DNA of 64,000 bases from Mobula hypostoma (lineage: Eukaryota). Each line of letters opens with the position of its first letter. Position 1 is the first letter of the stretch. The notes under the pieces are model-generated. The model was not told the origin of the DNA and did not search any database. It was given only the letters and a program-made list of their open reading frames with translations. Positions 10,940 to 24,091 of the stretch are shown piece after piece. The position numbers were made by a program, and so were the translations under genes. Location of the stretch: NCBI RefSeq assembly GCF_963921235.1, contig NC_086097.1, positions 224,442,001 to 224,506,000 on the forward strand. The letters are read 5' to 3'.

Positions 10940-12990
10940 AGTCATTGAGTCACAGAACATTACAGCATGGAAACAAACACTTTGGCCAGTCAGGCCAGTG
11001 CTGGACTATTATTCTGCCTAGTCCCATCAATATACACCTGAATCATAGCTCTCAATAGCCTCCATCCATGTGCATATCCTAATTTCTCTTAAATGTTGAA
11101 ATCGAACCCATATCCACCACTTCCACTCATAGCTTGTTCCACACTCTCACCATCCTCTGAGTGAAGAAGTTCCCCCTCAAGTTTCCCTTAAGCATTTCAC
11201 CTTTCACCTTTAACCCATGACTTCTAGTTCTAGTCTCATCCAACCTCAGTGGAAAAAGTGAGGTTTACCCTATCTATACCCCTCATAATTTTGTATATCT
11301 CCATCAAATATCCCCTCATTCTCATATGTTCTATGTAATAAAGTCTTAACATATTCAACCTTTCCCTATAACTCAGGTTCTTAAGTTCTGGCAACATCCT
11401 TGTAAACGTAAATTTTATTTCTCCTTTTTCAATCTTATTGATATCTTTCTGAAAGTTGATGACCAGAACTACACACCAAATTAGGTCTGAACAATGTCTT
11501 ATATAACTTCAATGTAACATCCCAACTCCAGTACTCAATACTTAGATTTATGAAGGCCATTGTGTCTAAAGCTCTCTTAATGACTCCATCTAACACTTCC
11601 AAGGCATTACGGATCTGTATCTCCAGATCCCTCTGTACTATCAGATTTGGAATTGCCCAGCCATTCACCATGTAAGTCCTACCCTGGTTTGTCCTCCAAA
11701 AGCGTATCACCTCACACTTGTCTGCATTAAATTTCATCTGCAATTTTTCATCCCACTTTTCCAGCTGGTCCAGATCCTTCTGCAAGCTTTGATGGCCTTC
11801 CTCACTGTCCACTACACCCCCAATCTTGGTGTTATTCGCAAATTTGCTTGTCCAGTTTGTCAGATGATCATTGAGATAATTGATAAACTGTAGCTGACAA
11901 TCAAGAAAGGACTCAGCACTAATCCCTGTAGTCACATATCTCCATTCAGAAAGGCTACCATCTACTACCATTTTCTGGCCTCTCCTGCAAAGGCATTGTC
12001 TAATCCAATTTACTACCTCATCCTGAATGTTAAGCACTTAACTTTTTTGACCAACCTTTCATGCGGGACCTAGTCAAAGGCCTTACTAAAGTCCATGTAG
12101 ACAACATTCCTACCTTTCCTTCATCAATTTTCCTGGTAACTTCCTCAAAAAGCACAAGGATTAGTTAGACTTGGCCTACCCCACACAAAGCCATTCAGAC
12201 TATCCCTAATCAGTTCCCCTCTATCCAAATATTTATATATCCAGTCCCTTAGAATATTTTCCAATAACTTAGCCACTATAGACATCAGGCTCACTGACTG
12301 GCCTATTATTTCCCAAGTTATTCTTTGAGCCTTTCTTACACAACAGAACAATATTAGCTCTCTCCACTTTTCCGGCGCTTCAGCCGTGGCTAAGTAGGGT
12401 CCCTGCAAATTCTGCACTAACTTCCCACAAGCACTGAGGATTTATCCATGCTAATTTGCCTGAAGACAGTAAGCATCTCCTCCTCCGTAATCCGTACATG
12501 GTTCATGACCTCACTGTTCACGTCTGTAGACTCGGTGTCTGTCTCCCAAGTAAATACAGATAAAAAAATATCTATATAAGATCTCCCCCATTTCATTCAA
12601 CTCCATGCATTGATGGCCACTCTGATCATCAAGAGGAACAATTTTGTCCCTTGCTATCCCTTTTCTCTTAATATATATGTAGAAGACATTTGGATACTCC
12701 GAGCCAACTTTATACTTTCTTTTAGCCCTCCTGATTTCCTTAAGTGTTGTTTTGCATTTATTATACTCCTCAAGTACCTCATTTGTTCCTTGTTGCCTGC
12801 ATCTGATATGCCCCTCCTCCTTCTTAACCAGGCCACAATATCTCTTAAAAACCAAGGTTCCCTAAACCAGTTACCCTTGCCTTTTATTCTGACAGGAACA
12901 TACAAACTCTGTACTCTCCAAACTTCACTTCTGAAGGCCTCCCACTTACCAAGGTCAAAAACCAACTTGCTCCAATCCACGCTTCTCAGA
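10940..12990 (-). mobile_element. CR1 ORF2 (RT) 3' portion, decayed
   Basis: ORF 11435-12037 SKFANNTKIGGVVDSEEG...KFNADKCEVIRF; adjacent ORFs are also CR1-like. Confidence 0.88.
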
Positions 12991-13159
12991 TAGGGAAGGT
13001 TAAATAAGTCAGCACCCTATTTCCTAGGGAAAAATAGAATGAGGAGAGTTTTAATGAGTGGTATACAAAATTCTGTGGGCACGGATAGGGTGAATGCATA
13101 CAGGCTCTTTAACCTCAGCTTGGGCGAGAAGAGAACTAGAACTCTTATGAGAGGTGAAA

Positions 13160-14795
13160 GGCAAGATATTTTGATTGGCTGCTGCCGAGTGAGGCAGGGC
13201 GAATAAAAAGAAGTGAGGCGAAAACAGAGTGGCCATTGCTGGAGCAGCCATTGTTGGGGTAGGTTGGTGATAGAGTGGTCAGGCTTTGGCTCAATAGGCT
13301 TGGGTGAGAACAGGTGCAAACTGGAACTTAAGCTTGAGAGGTTAGAGTTATTACAAGTGTAGGAGGAATGGTAATTCAGGCAGTGGAATGCTCCTCCTGT
13401 GTTGTGTGGGTTTTCAGGGTAGCTGACAGTCTCCATGATGAGCACATCTGCAGGAAGTGCACCTAACTTCAGTCCTGATTGACTGAGTCAAGGAGCTGGA
13501 GCTGGACGTACTCAGGACCATCCTGGAGCTGAAACACTTTAACTGAGGTGGTCACACCCAGAATGCCGGCTTCAGAGAGTAGATGGGTGACTACCTGGAG
13601 AAGTAAGGGAAGTAAGCAGTCCGTGCAGGACTCTCCTTTGGCCATTCCCCTTTGGATACTGTTGGGAGGAATCAGGCCACAGCAGCAGCAGCGGCAGCCA
13701 GGCCAGAAGCACAGTGGCTTGCTCTGAGGCTCAGCAGGGAACGACAAATTTAGGCAGAGCGATTGATAGGTACTCCATAGTTCGGGGGATGGACAGCAGA
13801 TTCTTTGGCTGAGGATGGGAAGCCAGGATGGTGTGTTGCTCCCCAGGTGCTAGGATGCAGGATGTCTCAAAGTGGCTGCAGAGAAATCTCAAGAGGAAGG
13901 GTGAGCACCTAGAGGTCATGGTGCACATTGGCACCAATGACATAGGTAGACAATGGAAAGAGGTCCTGTGTAGTGACTAACAGGGAGTAAGAGAAGAGGC
14001 TGAAGTGCGGGACCTCCAAGGTAGCAATCTCCGGATTACGCCCAGTACCTCGTGCTAGTCAGAGCAGGAATAGGATGATAGTACAGATGAGTGAGAGGTG
14101 TAGAGGAAAGGGTTTCAGATTTCTGAATCTTTGAGATCTGTTCTAGGGAAGGTAGGACCTGTACAAAAAAGATAGGTTACACCTGAACCCAAGAGGGACC
14201 AATATCTTTGAGGCCCGGTTTGCTTGTGCTGATGGGGGAGGTGGGATGCTTTAAACTAAGTTGACAGGGGAATGGGAATCAGAGTGATAGGGCTGAGGAT
14301 GGGGATCAGTCGATATAGAATGCTTGTGGGTAGAGTTAAGAAACTGCATGGGTGAAAAAAAGCTCTGATGGGAAGTTTTACACAGGCCTCCAAACAGTAG
14401 CCAGGATGTGGGCTACAAATTACAATGGGAGAGAGAAGAGGCATGTAAGAAGGTCAATGTAATGATAGTCATGGGGGATTTAAATATGCAGGTAAATTGG
14501 GAAAATCAGGTTGGGCCTGGATCTCAAGAGAGGAATGCCTACGAGATAGCTTTTCAGAGCAGATTGTGGGTGAGCCCAGGAGGGCAAAGGCAATTCTGGA
14601 TAGAGTGTTGCTTAATAAACCAGATTTGATTAGGGGGCTTAACATTAAGGAAGCCTTAGGAAATAGTGAGTATAAAATAATAGAATTCACCCTGTAGTTT
14701 GAGAGGGAGAAGATGAAGTCAGATGTATTAACATTACAATGGAGTAAAGAGAATTACAAAGGCATGAGAGAGGAACTGACAAAAGAGAATATTTC
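13160..14795 (+). mobile_element. CR1 5' part (ORF1 zinc finger/esterase remnant and start of APE); resumes near 17730
   Basis: VECSSC...CRKC; SIVRG and VHIGTNDIG (SGNH esterase-like); VMGDLN of APE. Confidence 0.8.
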
Positions 14796-14859
14796 CAGAT
14801 GGTGCTGGTGAAACACGGTAACGTCATGTGGGCTGTGGACAATAGTTGTAAATATAAAC

Positions 14860-15295
14860 AAGAGAAAACCTGCAGATGCTGGAAATCAAAGTAATACACA
14901 CAAAACGCTAGAGGAACTCAGCAGGCCAGGCAGCATCGTTGGAGATGAGTACAGCCGATGTTTCAGCCTGAAACCCTTAATCAGGACTGGGAAGAAAGAG
15001 ATGAGAAGTCAGAGTAAGAAGGTGGGGAGGGAGAAGAAGAAGTACAAGGTAGTAGGTGATAGGTGAAATTGGAACTGGGAGGAGTGAAATAAAGAGCTGG
15101 GAAGTTGACAGGTAAAAGAGATAGAGGGCTGGAGAAGGGGGATTCTGATAGGAGAAGACAGAAGGCCATGAAAGAAAGGGAAGGAGGAGCAGCACCAGAG
15201 GGAGGTGATGGGCAGGTAAGGAGATAAGGTGAGAGAGGGAAATGGGAATGGGGAATGGCAAAGGAGAAGGGTGCGGGCAATTACCAGAAGTTCAA
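14860..15295 (-). mobile_element. Non-autonomous Penelope-derived element (about 430 bp) with degenerate hammerhead at 14953-14988
   Basis: Terminus plus purine-rich 3' UTR homologous to the Penelope 3' region. Confidence 0.75.
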
Positions 15296-16910
15296 GAGTT
15301 CTAAGGATGTAACTTCCATCAAAGAAATGTACTTTTAAATCAACTTAATGATCTACAGATTTCACGATTGTCTGAAGGACCTGGCAGTCAGTGCAAGTAT
15401 GATGCCTTTAAGTGGACAAAGGGTCATCACCATGGCCAGAAGAGAGGCGGGTAGGGAGGAGAACTCCAAGCCAGACTGAAATGCAAAAGGATGAGGCCCC
15501 CCTTAATAAAGCATCTTGTTGGCAAATGAGCAATTGCTGGAGAACAAAATTGAGGACCTGAGCGCAGGATTGCTGTATCGGAGGGAAATGAGTGATTGTT
15601 GTAGTCTATCACAAGCAAGAGAAAATCTGCAGATGCTGGAAATCCGAGCAACCTAGGTAGAAGTGTGCGTTTCATGATTGATTCTAGATGGTGTTCCAAT
15701 GTGGCGGTCTTGTTGAACTCGTGTTCCCCTGACCTTGAGCACTTAATGGTCAAATGCTGTTCATTCTATTTACCTAGGGAGTTTTCATCTATGATCTTCA
15801 CCACCGGCGGCTGACTATAATCAAGCAATCACGATACTGCATGATGCCATCTCCAAACAAGAAACAATCCATCCTGAAATATTTTGAATCACAGTCAGAG
15901 ACTTCACCTAAGCTTGTTTGAAGAACATCCTGCCCAGTTACCATCAGCATATAAGCTGTAGCACCAGAGGCCCCAACACACTGAGCACTGCTATACTGAG
16001 AAAAGGAGTGCCTACCATTCCTTGCCCAGACTGCTTTTCAGTAAATCAGATTAGTTGGCTGTCCTTTTTCTACCTGCATAGAAGAAGAGGCTAAAGAGCA
16101 AAGCTCCAGAGGTTAGGACAGTGAAGAGATGGTCACAGGAGGCCAAGGAACAACTTCAGGATTGTTTGAGTCAGTGGACTGGGCCATGTTCAAGGACACT
16201 TCTGTGGATCTGAATGAATACACCATTCAGGCCTTAATAAGACAGCTTATGATGAGTGTGTCCCGACAAAACCATTCAGAGTCTTCCCCAATCAGAAGCC
16301 CTTGATGAACCATAAGATCCACAGTCTGCTGAGAACTGGGCCAGGGGCATTGAGTTTGGATGAAAGGACTTGGCCTGAAATAGCAACAGTTTACTCTTTT
16401 TAGCCTGGCCTGCTGAGTTCATCCGGCATTTTGTGTGTGTTGCTTGGATTTCCAGCATCTGCAGACTTTCTCTTGTTTGTCAAAGGTATTCAAGTCTGGC
16501 GACCAAGAAAGTTACAGAAGGTCCAGCTACGATCTCTGGAAAGCCATCTCATGGATGGAGAAGTAACTCTGGACTAAGTTTAAATCAATGAAGGATGCTC
16601 GACAGTTGTGACAGGCCTCGAATGCTATCACCTCTTATAAAGTTAAATTAAGTGACATAGGTAACATCGGGGCTTCACTTCCGGATGCGATCAGTTCCTT
16701 CTATGCTCACTTTGACCGTCAAAACATGGAGGAACCATCATGAACTCCTACATCCCCTGATGATCCTATGGTTTCAGTGTCTGAAGCCGACCTGCAAACA
16801 GCCTTCAGGAGGGTGAATTCATGCAAACCATCCGGCCCACACAGGGTACCTGGCCAAGTGAGGACTAAAGACCAACGCTGATCAACTGGCTGCAGTGCTC
16901 ACTGAGATCT

Positions 16911-17598
16911 TAGATTAGATTATGAAGACACGCTGTCCTCTTTTATTGTCATTCAGTAATACATGCATTAAGAAATGATACAATGTTCCTCCAGTGTGAT
17001 ATCACAGAAACACAAGACAGACCAAGACTGAAAAACTGATAAAAACCGCATAATTATAACATATAGTTACAACAGTGCAAGTAATACCGTATTTTGATAG
17101 AAGAACAGACTATGGGCACCGTAAAAAAAGCCTCAAAGTCTCTCGAAAGTCCTAACATCTCACGCAGACGGTAGAAGGAAGAAAACTCTCCCTGCCATGA
17201 GCTTCTAGCGCCGCAAACTTGCCGATACAGCATCCTGGAAGCACCCGACCACAGTCTGACTCTCAGTCCGTCCGAAAACTTCGAGCCTCCAAACAGCCTT
17301 CTGATACCGAGCACCGAGCACCATCTCTGCCGAGCGCTTTGACCCCAACCCCAGCCCCGGCAACAGGCAATAGGCAAAGCCGAGGATTTAGGGTCTTCCC
17401 CTCCAGAGATTCTCAATTGCACAGTAGCAGCAGCAGCAGTGAACTGGGCATTTCAGAAGTTTCTCCAGATGTTCCTCCGTGCTTCTCACGTCCGTCTCCA
17501 TCAAATCAGGATTGTGCACAGCCCCTATTTAACAAATACGATATCATTTTCACCAGAGAGGCCACGTGCGCTATGTAGCGCCGCCATCTTCTCCTCCC
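16911..17598 (-). mobile_element. Non-coding Rex1-type non-autonomous retroposon, copy 1
   Basis: Minus strand starts gaggagaagatggcggcg and ends aataaaagaggac...(AATCT)n; paralog at 18047-18666. Confidence 0.75.
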
Positions 17599-17729
17599 TC
17601 TTTAACCTATGTCAGTATGCAAGAAGGAGGGGTTAGTGTTTGGGTGTTGATTTGCTTTTCAGCTGGCGGCATGACATTTTTGGCTGACTGACCTGTTCCT
17701 GTGTTGTACTGTTCTATCTTTCAAATAAC

Positions 17730-20405
17730 AGCAACTGCTGGTGTTTCTGAGGGCTATTTGCAGGGTGCAGGATAAAGTCCCAAACGTGAAGGAGTATTCG
17801 AAAGGGAGGGTGAGGCAACCGTGGCTGATAAGGAAGTCAAAGACAGCATAAAAAGAAAAAAGAGGGCATATAATATAACAAAAAATAGTGGGAAGTTAAA
17901 GGATTGTGAAGTTTTTAAAAACTAACAGAAGTCAAAAAACATTAGAGGAGGAAATAAGAAGGTAAGCTAGCCAATAATATAAAAGAGGATTCCAAAGGGT
18001 TTTTTCTCGTATGTATATAAAGAGTAAAAGAGAGGCAGGAGTAGATTTAGATTATGAAGACACGTAGTCCTCTTTTATTGTCCTTAGTAATGCATGCATT
18101 AAGAAATGATACAATATTTCCTCCGGTGTGATATCACAAAACACAGGACAGACCAAGACTGAAAAAACTGACAAAACCACATAATTATAACATATGGTTA
18201 CAACAGTGCAACAGTACCATAACTTGATGAAGAAGTCCATGAGCACAGTAAAAGTTCAAAGTCTCTCAAATGTCCCACATCTCATGCAGACGGGAGAAGG
18301 AAGAAAAACTCTCCCTGCCATGCCGACCACGGTCAGACTCTGAGTCATCCAAAAACTTCGAGCTCTGATCAGCTCTCCGACATTGAGTACTGAGTGCCAT
18401 CTCTGTCCAAACGATTCAACCTCAACCTCGGTCGCCAACAGCAAGCAAAGCTGGGGATTTTGAGGCCTACCCTCTGAAAGATTCCCGACCACGCAGTAAC
18501 GACAGCAGCGAACGAACGCTTCAGAAATTTCTCCGGATGTTCCTGTGTGCTTTCACGTCCATTCTCCATCAAATCAGAATTGTCCACGGCCCCTATTTAA
18601 CAGATACGATATCATTTTTCACCAGAGGGCTGCGCACGCGCGCGGTGCGCTGCTCTCTCTCCTCCTGACAGATGTCGGACAACTGGAAAATGACGCTGGA
18701 GAAGTAGTATTGGGAGACAAAGAAATGGCAGATTTCCTAAGTATTTTGTGTTATTCTTCGATATAGAAAACACTAGCAGTGTGCCAGTAATTCAAGAGTG
18801 TCAGGGAGCAAAAGAGAGGGTACAGCAGTTGCTTGGGAGAAAGTGCTTGGGAATTTGAAAGGTCTGAGGGTAGATAAGTCACCTGGAACAGATGGACTAC
18901 ACTCCAGAGTTCTGAACGAGGTAGCTGAAAGGATCGTGGAGGCATTAGTCATGATCCTTCAAGAACCACAAATTTTTGGAATGGTTCCCTAGGACTAGAC
19001 AGTTGCTAATGCCACTCCACTCTTTAAGAGAGGGAGGGAGGGAGCCAGAAGAAAGGAAATTATACGCCAGTTAGCCTGACTTCAGTGGTTGGGAAGATGT
19101 TAGAGTACATTATTAAGGATAAGATTTCAGGCTACTTAGTAGTGCATAAATTAGACCAAATGAGCATGGTCTCCTTAGGGGAAATCAATATTGACAAATA
19201 CGTTGGAATTCTTTGAAGAAATAACAGGCAGGATAGACAAAGGAGTGTCAATGTATGTTGTTTAGTTGGATTTTGAGAAGGCCTTTTAGAAGCAGCTTAA
19301 CAAGATAAGAGCCCACGGTATTACAGGAAAAATACTAGTATAGAATGGTAGTATAGCATGTATAGAAGATTAGCTGACTGGCAGGAGGCAAAGAATGGAA
19401 ATAAAAGGTGCTTATTCTAGTTGGCTGCCAGTGACTCGTGGTGTTCTGCAGGTGTTGGTATCAGGACTGCTTCCTTTCGCATTAGATATCAATGATTTAG
19501 ATGACAAAATTGATAGCTTTGTGGCCAAGTTTGTGGGTGATACAAAAATAGGTGGAAGGGCAGGTAGTGTTGAGGAAACAGGAGAGTCTGCAGAAGGACT
19601 TAGACAGATTGGGCAAAGAAGTGGCAGGTGGAATGTTGTGTAGGAAAGAGTATGGTCATGTACTTTCCAGAAGGAATAAAGATGTAGACTATTTTCTAAA
19701 TGAGGAGAAAATTAAAAATCAGAGGTGCAAATGGACTTGGAAGTCCTTGTGCAAGATTCTCTAAAGGTTAACTTTCAGGTAGAGTCAGTGGTAAATAAGG
19801 CAAAGGCAATATTAGCATTCATTTCGAGTGATATAAGGGCAGGGATGAGATACTAAAGCTTTATAAGGCATTAGTCAGACTGCACTTCGAGTATTGTGAG
19901 TTGTTTTGGTCCTCCCGTCTCAGAAAAAGATGTGCTGGCATTGCAGACAGTTCATGAGAATGATTCTGGAAAAGAAAGGGTTAACACATGAGGAGCATTT
20001 GATGGCTTTGGCCCTATACTCTCTGGATTTTGGATGAATGAAGGTGGATCTTATTGAAACCTATCGATTATTGAAAGGCCTAGATGTGGAGAGGATCTTT
20101 TCTATAGTGGGTGAGGAGTCTAGGACCAGAAGACATAGCCTCAGAATAGAGAAGTGCTTAGAACAGCAATGAGACAGAAATTCTTTAGCAAGAGGGTGGT
20201 GAATCTGTGGAATTCATTGCCATGGATGCTGTGGAGGTAAGTCACTGAATGTATTTAAAGCGGAGGTTGATAAGGTTCTTGATTAGTCAGGCGTCAAATG
20301 TTAAGACAAGGAAGCAGGAGACTGGGGTTGAGAGGGATAATAGATCAACCATGATGAAATTGTGGAGCAAACTTGATGGGTGGAGTGGCTTAATTCTGCT
20401 TATGG
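17730..20405 (+). mobile_element. CR1 ORF2 to 3' end (continuation of 13160-14795)
   Basis: DKSPGTDGLHSRVL, GNYTPVSLTSVVGK, WLPVTRGVLQ, INDLDDKIDSFVAKFVGDTKIGG. Confidence 0.85.
18047..18666 (-). mobile_element. Non-coding Rex1-type non-autonomous retroposon, copy 2
   Basis: Co-linear with 16911-17598; inserted in CR1. Confidence 0.75.
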
Positions 20406-21074
20406 TTTTATTTAAGGGGAATCTGAAGGGAAGCTTTATCACCTAGGGTGTGGGGAAAATGTGCAATGAGCTGCCAGCGGAAGTGGGACATGAAGGTTCA
20501 ACTGTAATATTAAAAAAAAATTGGATTGGAGTTAGTTTTCCTTCTGTTTTCCAAAGCACAAATGTATTTTCCATTACTGATTATCTATAACAATATATCC
20601 ACTGCTAGTAATATGTCAGACAATGAATTTTTTTTTGTTTATGCTGATGCAGTCTTAATGAATCAAAACAGTGATTGTATCCAAACACATGGCAGATTAT
20701 TGACAATGCAATGCCCGCTAATCCCACAACATAAAATATTCTAACTTCAGATGTGTAAACCTGTTCCAGGCAGAAAGAAATGATTCTTGATTGCTTGTGT
20801 TTTCAATCTGCAGCCCATTTTATTCAATTAGTACACATTCTTTCATCTACAGCTTAAAGAGGCTTATACTGTATTTAAATCCATTTTTGCTTGAATTGCT
20901 TAAAATACATGAAGTCTACAAGTTCACCAACTGAAGCATCTCTTGACAAAGTAATTACATTTAGAAAAAAAAAACAAACATGAAACCCAAGGTCTAAAGT
21001 TGAAATGCTGACTAGTTAAGGTTGATTATAGAGAGTTATACAGTGCAGAAACAGGAACTGCTCCAGCTTTACCG

Positions 21075-22320
21075 ATAAACTCAACCCATTGCAATTAGTC
21101 TACCAATTTGTCAACAGCTGTACGACAGATAACATCTTCTGGGGCCTTCATTCATCTATGGAGCATTTGGACAGTAGACACCTATGTCAAATTGTTGCTG
21201 ACTACAGCTCTGCCTTTAATATTATAATTCCATACAAACTCATCTCCAAACTCCCGGACCCGAAACTCAGCACTTCCCTTTGCAACTGGATCCTTGGCTT
21301 CCTGACCAATAGACTGCAATCAGGTAGTTAAGCGTTCACCATGACTGTATTCAACAATGGTGCACTGCAAGGCTGTGCCCTCAGCCCCCTGCTCTTCAAC
21401 TCCCTGAACACTCATGACTGTATTGCCAGATTCTGCTCTATATCCACTTACAAGTTTGCAGTTGATTCGACCGTAGTGGGATGTATCTCAAATAACAATG
21501 AGTCAGGAAGGAGATAGTGTGTTTAGTTACATGGTGTCACGACAACAACCTTTGCCTCACTGTCGACAAAGCAAAGACCAGGTCATTGACTTCAAAAGGG
21601 GGGGGGGGTGAGGGGCAATGTACTGTCTACATCAATGGTGTTGAGGTTGAAAGGATTGAGAACTTCAAGTTCTCAGGAGTGAACATCCCCAACAGCCCAT
21701 CCTGGTCTGATCACATTGATGCCACAACGAAGAAAGATCACCAGTGTCTCTAAACTTCTGATCTTTACCAATTTTTATTGGTGCACCATAGGAACCATCC
21801 TACCGAATGGTGAAAGGCCTTGATAGAGTGGATATAGAGAGGATATTTCCTGTGGTGGGAATCAAAAACCAGAGGACACAAACTCAGAATAAAGGGGCAT
21901 CCTTTTAGAACAGAGGTGAGGAGGAATTTCTTTAGCCATGGACTCTGTCTACAGTAAAGCAGCCAACATAATGAAAGGCCCCACCCACCAAACTCATTCT
22001 CCCTTTTCACCCCTCCCATTAGGCAGCAGATACAAAAGCAAGTCCTACGGGGCTCAAAGGAAGCTTCTATCCTGCTGTTATAAGCTTCTATCCTACTATT
22101 CCCGAGTACAATAAGGTGGACTCTTGACCTCACAATCTGCCTCGTTACAGCCCTGCACCTTATTGTCAACCTGCACCGCACTTTCACTGTGACACTTTTT
22201 TCTGTATGTCGTTATTGTTTTATTTTGTACTACCTCAACGCACAGTTGTAATGAATTGATCTGTATGATCAGGAGACAAGACAAGTCTCCTGACAAGACA
22301 AGACATGTGACAAAATCAAC
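21075..22320 (+). mobile_element. Rex1/Babar RT-to-3' fragment with a small CR1 piece (about 21805-21940)
   Basis: DYSSAFNIIIP.KLISKL...LCNWILGFLTNR; VTWCHDNNLCL; ERIENFKFSGV. Confidence 0.8.
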
Positions 22321-22593
22321 TTACCACTTTAATTTACCTATCAGTGAGTGGTACATGGAACTGAATGCATCATTTACTTTGGTAAGATTAATTGACAGCC
22401 AGACTATTATCTAATTGGAGATAGACTGCAAGCAACCGTAGGACGAATGGATCTCGGTGTTCCTGTCCATGAAACACAGAAAGGTTAGAATGTACTATAG
22501 CTACTGCAAGTAGCTAAGAAGGGATATGGCTTATCTAAATTTTATTACAAGGAAGCTGAAGGCTCAAAGGAGAAAAGCATTTGCATGTACAAG

Positions 22594-23194
22594 TGTACGG
22601 GGTCTTTCTTTTGTTACATTTAAAATGGCGATTTTGTTATGTTAATCTGGGAAATGCGGCTTTGTTGTGTTTTAACGCTGCAGAGTTAACAGTTTGTTTT
22701 ACTTTAAATGAGATAACAAGGTTCTATTAGCCAATGGGTGGTTATGTATCATTTTGTTTTCGGATGCCATGCTGTATGATATGACTGTGGACTGGGTTTT
22801 GGCGGGGAGTCGGAGGAGAGATGAGGAGGACGGCAGACGTGCAGAGAGGCTCCGGTCGATCACTCAGGGTGGTCTCGAGCCATGAGTCGAAGGAATTCGG
22901 GTGGTCGTCTGATGTCGAATTGAGCTCCAACGGTAGCGCGCGAAGAACTTGGACTTTGATAAGCGTTGGCGCCTTTTTTTTCCATTACTTTCCTTTCTGT
23001 ATCAAATGCATATTAATGTCATAGAATTAGTAATATTTATAAAGTGTATTTGTTAAAATTTTACTGGGTGTGCTGGCTGATGATTGATGTTTGTGATTGA
23101 TTTGGGCGGCGACTGACCCTGAGGGGAGTGTTGAAGCAGGTGCTGGGCGGGATTTCCCCTAGACATACACGAGCCAATATAACGGAACGTTACA
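22594..23194. mobile_element. Solo LTR (601 bp)
   Basis: Starts TGTA, ends TACA; 4-bp TSD CAAG at 22590-22593 and 23195-23198; CpG-rich relative to flanks; lies inside an old CR1. Confidence 0.8.
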
Positions 23195-23839
23195 CAAGGT
23201 TTTGTTGTGGTGAAACTACAACAATTTTAGTTCAGCTATTTAAACAAAGATATATTAACATTGAAAGCAGCTAGAAGAAATTCATGTAGATAATTCCTGT
23301 GATGAAAGTGTTGACCTGTTAACATGGTTGAAAATGTTAGCCTGTATTCTTTGGGGTTTAGAAGAATGAGGAGTGATGAAGAATGAAGAATGAGGTGAGG
23401 TCTAGATATATTAGATCCTATGGGGAATGATAACAAGGCAGATATTGAGCGGTGTTTCCTCTTGGGAGAATCTCTCAAATAAGTGGCATATTTACAAGAT
23501 AATTGAACGGTCACTTAAAACTGAGATGCACAGCTGCTTCTTCATGTAGAGTGGTGAGCCGCAGCAATTTCCTCTTTAGGGAGTTGTGAATAGTAGATTA
23601 TTGAAGGTATTGAGGATGTAGAAAGATCAGGAAAGTGTGCAATTGACACAAAATGGACCCGTGAATTGGGACAAATTTGCTGCAATCATATTGAAGAGGT
23701 TATGTTTAAAAACTATATTGTTCCTCAGTGCTCGTAGGTGGTTTGATTAGTTGCCCAAAATCAATACTCATCAATTTAAATATGCAAAGGAGATCTCTGT
23801 GCCTGTTTATTAATGTATCTTCAAAAATCATGAAGTAGA

Positions 23840-24091
23840 AATACAAGAGATTCTGCAGGTGCTGAAAATCCAGAGGAACAAACACAAAATGCTGGAGGAA
23901 CTCAGCAGGTCAGAAAGCGTCACTGAAAAGAAACGGATAGTCAACATATTGGGCCAATACCCTTCATCAGGGCTGGGCAGGAATGGGGAGAAAACCAGAA
24001 TAAGAAGGTTGGGGATGGGGTGGGAGTAAGGAGCACAAACTGACAAGTGATAGGTGAAACCAGCTGAGAGGGAAGATAAGTGGATGTGAGA
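23840..24091 (-). mobile_element. Older Penelope-derived element (continues 25839-25940), host of a younger Penelope
   Basis: Terminus with decayed hammerhead at 23939-23974; sequence resumes after the TSD at 25839. Confidence 0.75.

Larger units (their letters stand above)
14797..17620 (+). mobile_element. Rex1/Babar LINE 5' half nested in CR1, itself interrupted
   Basis: agatggtgctggtg 5' end; DLEHLMVKCCSFYLPREF (Rex APE); DCFESVDWAMFK; FRRVN...SGP.RVPG. Confidence 0.75.
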
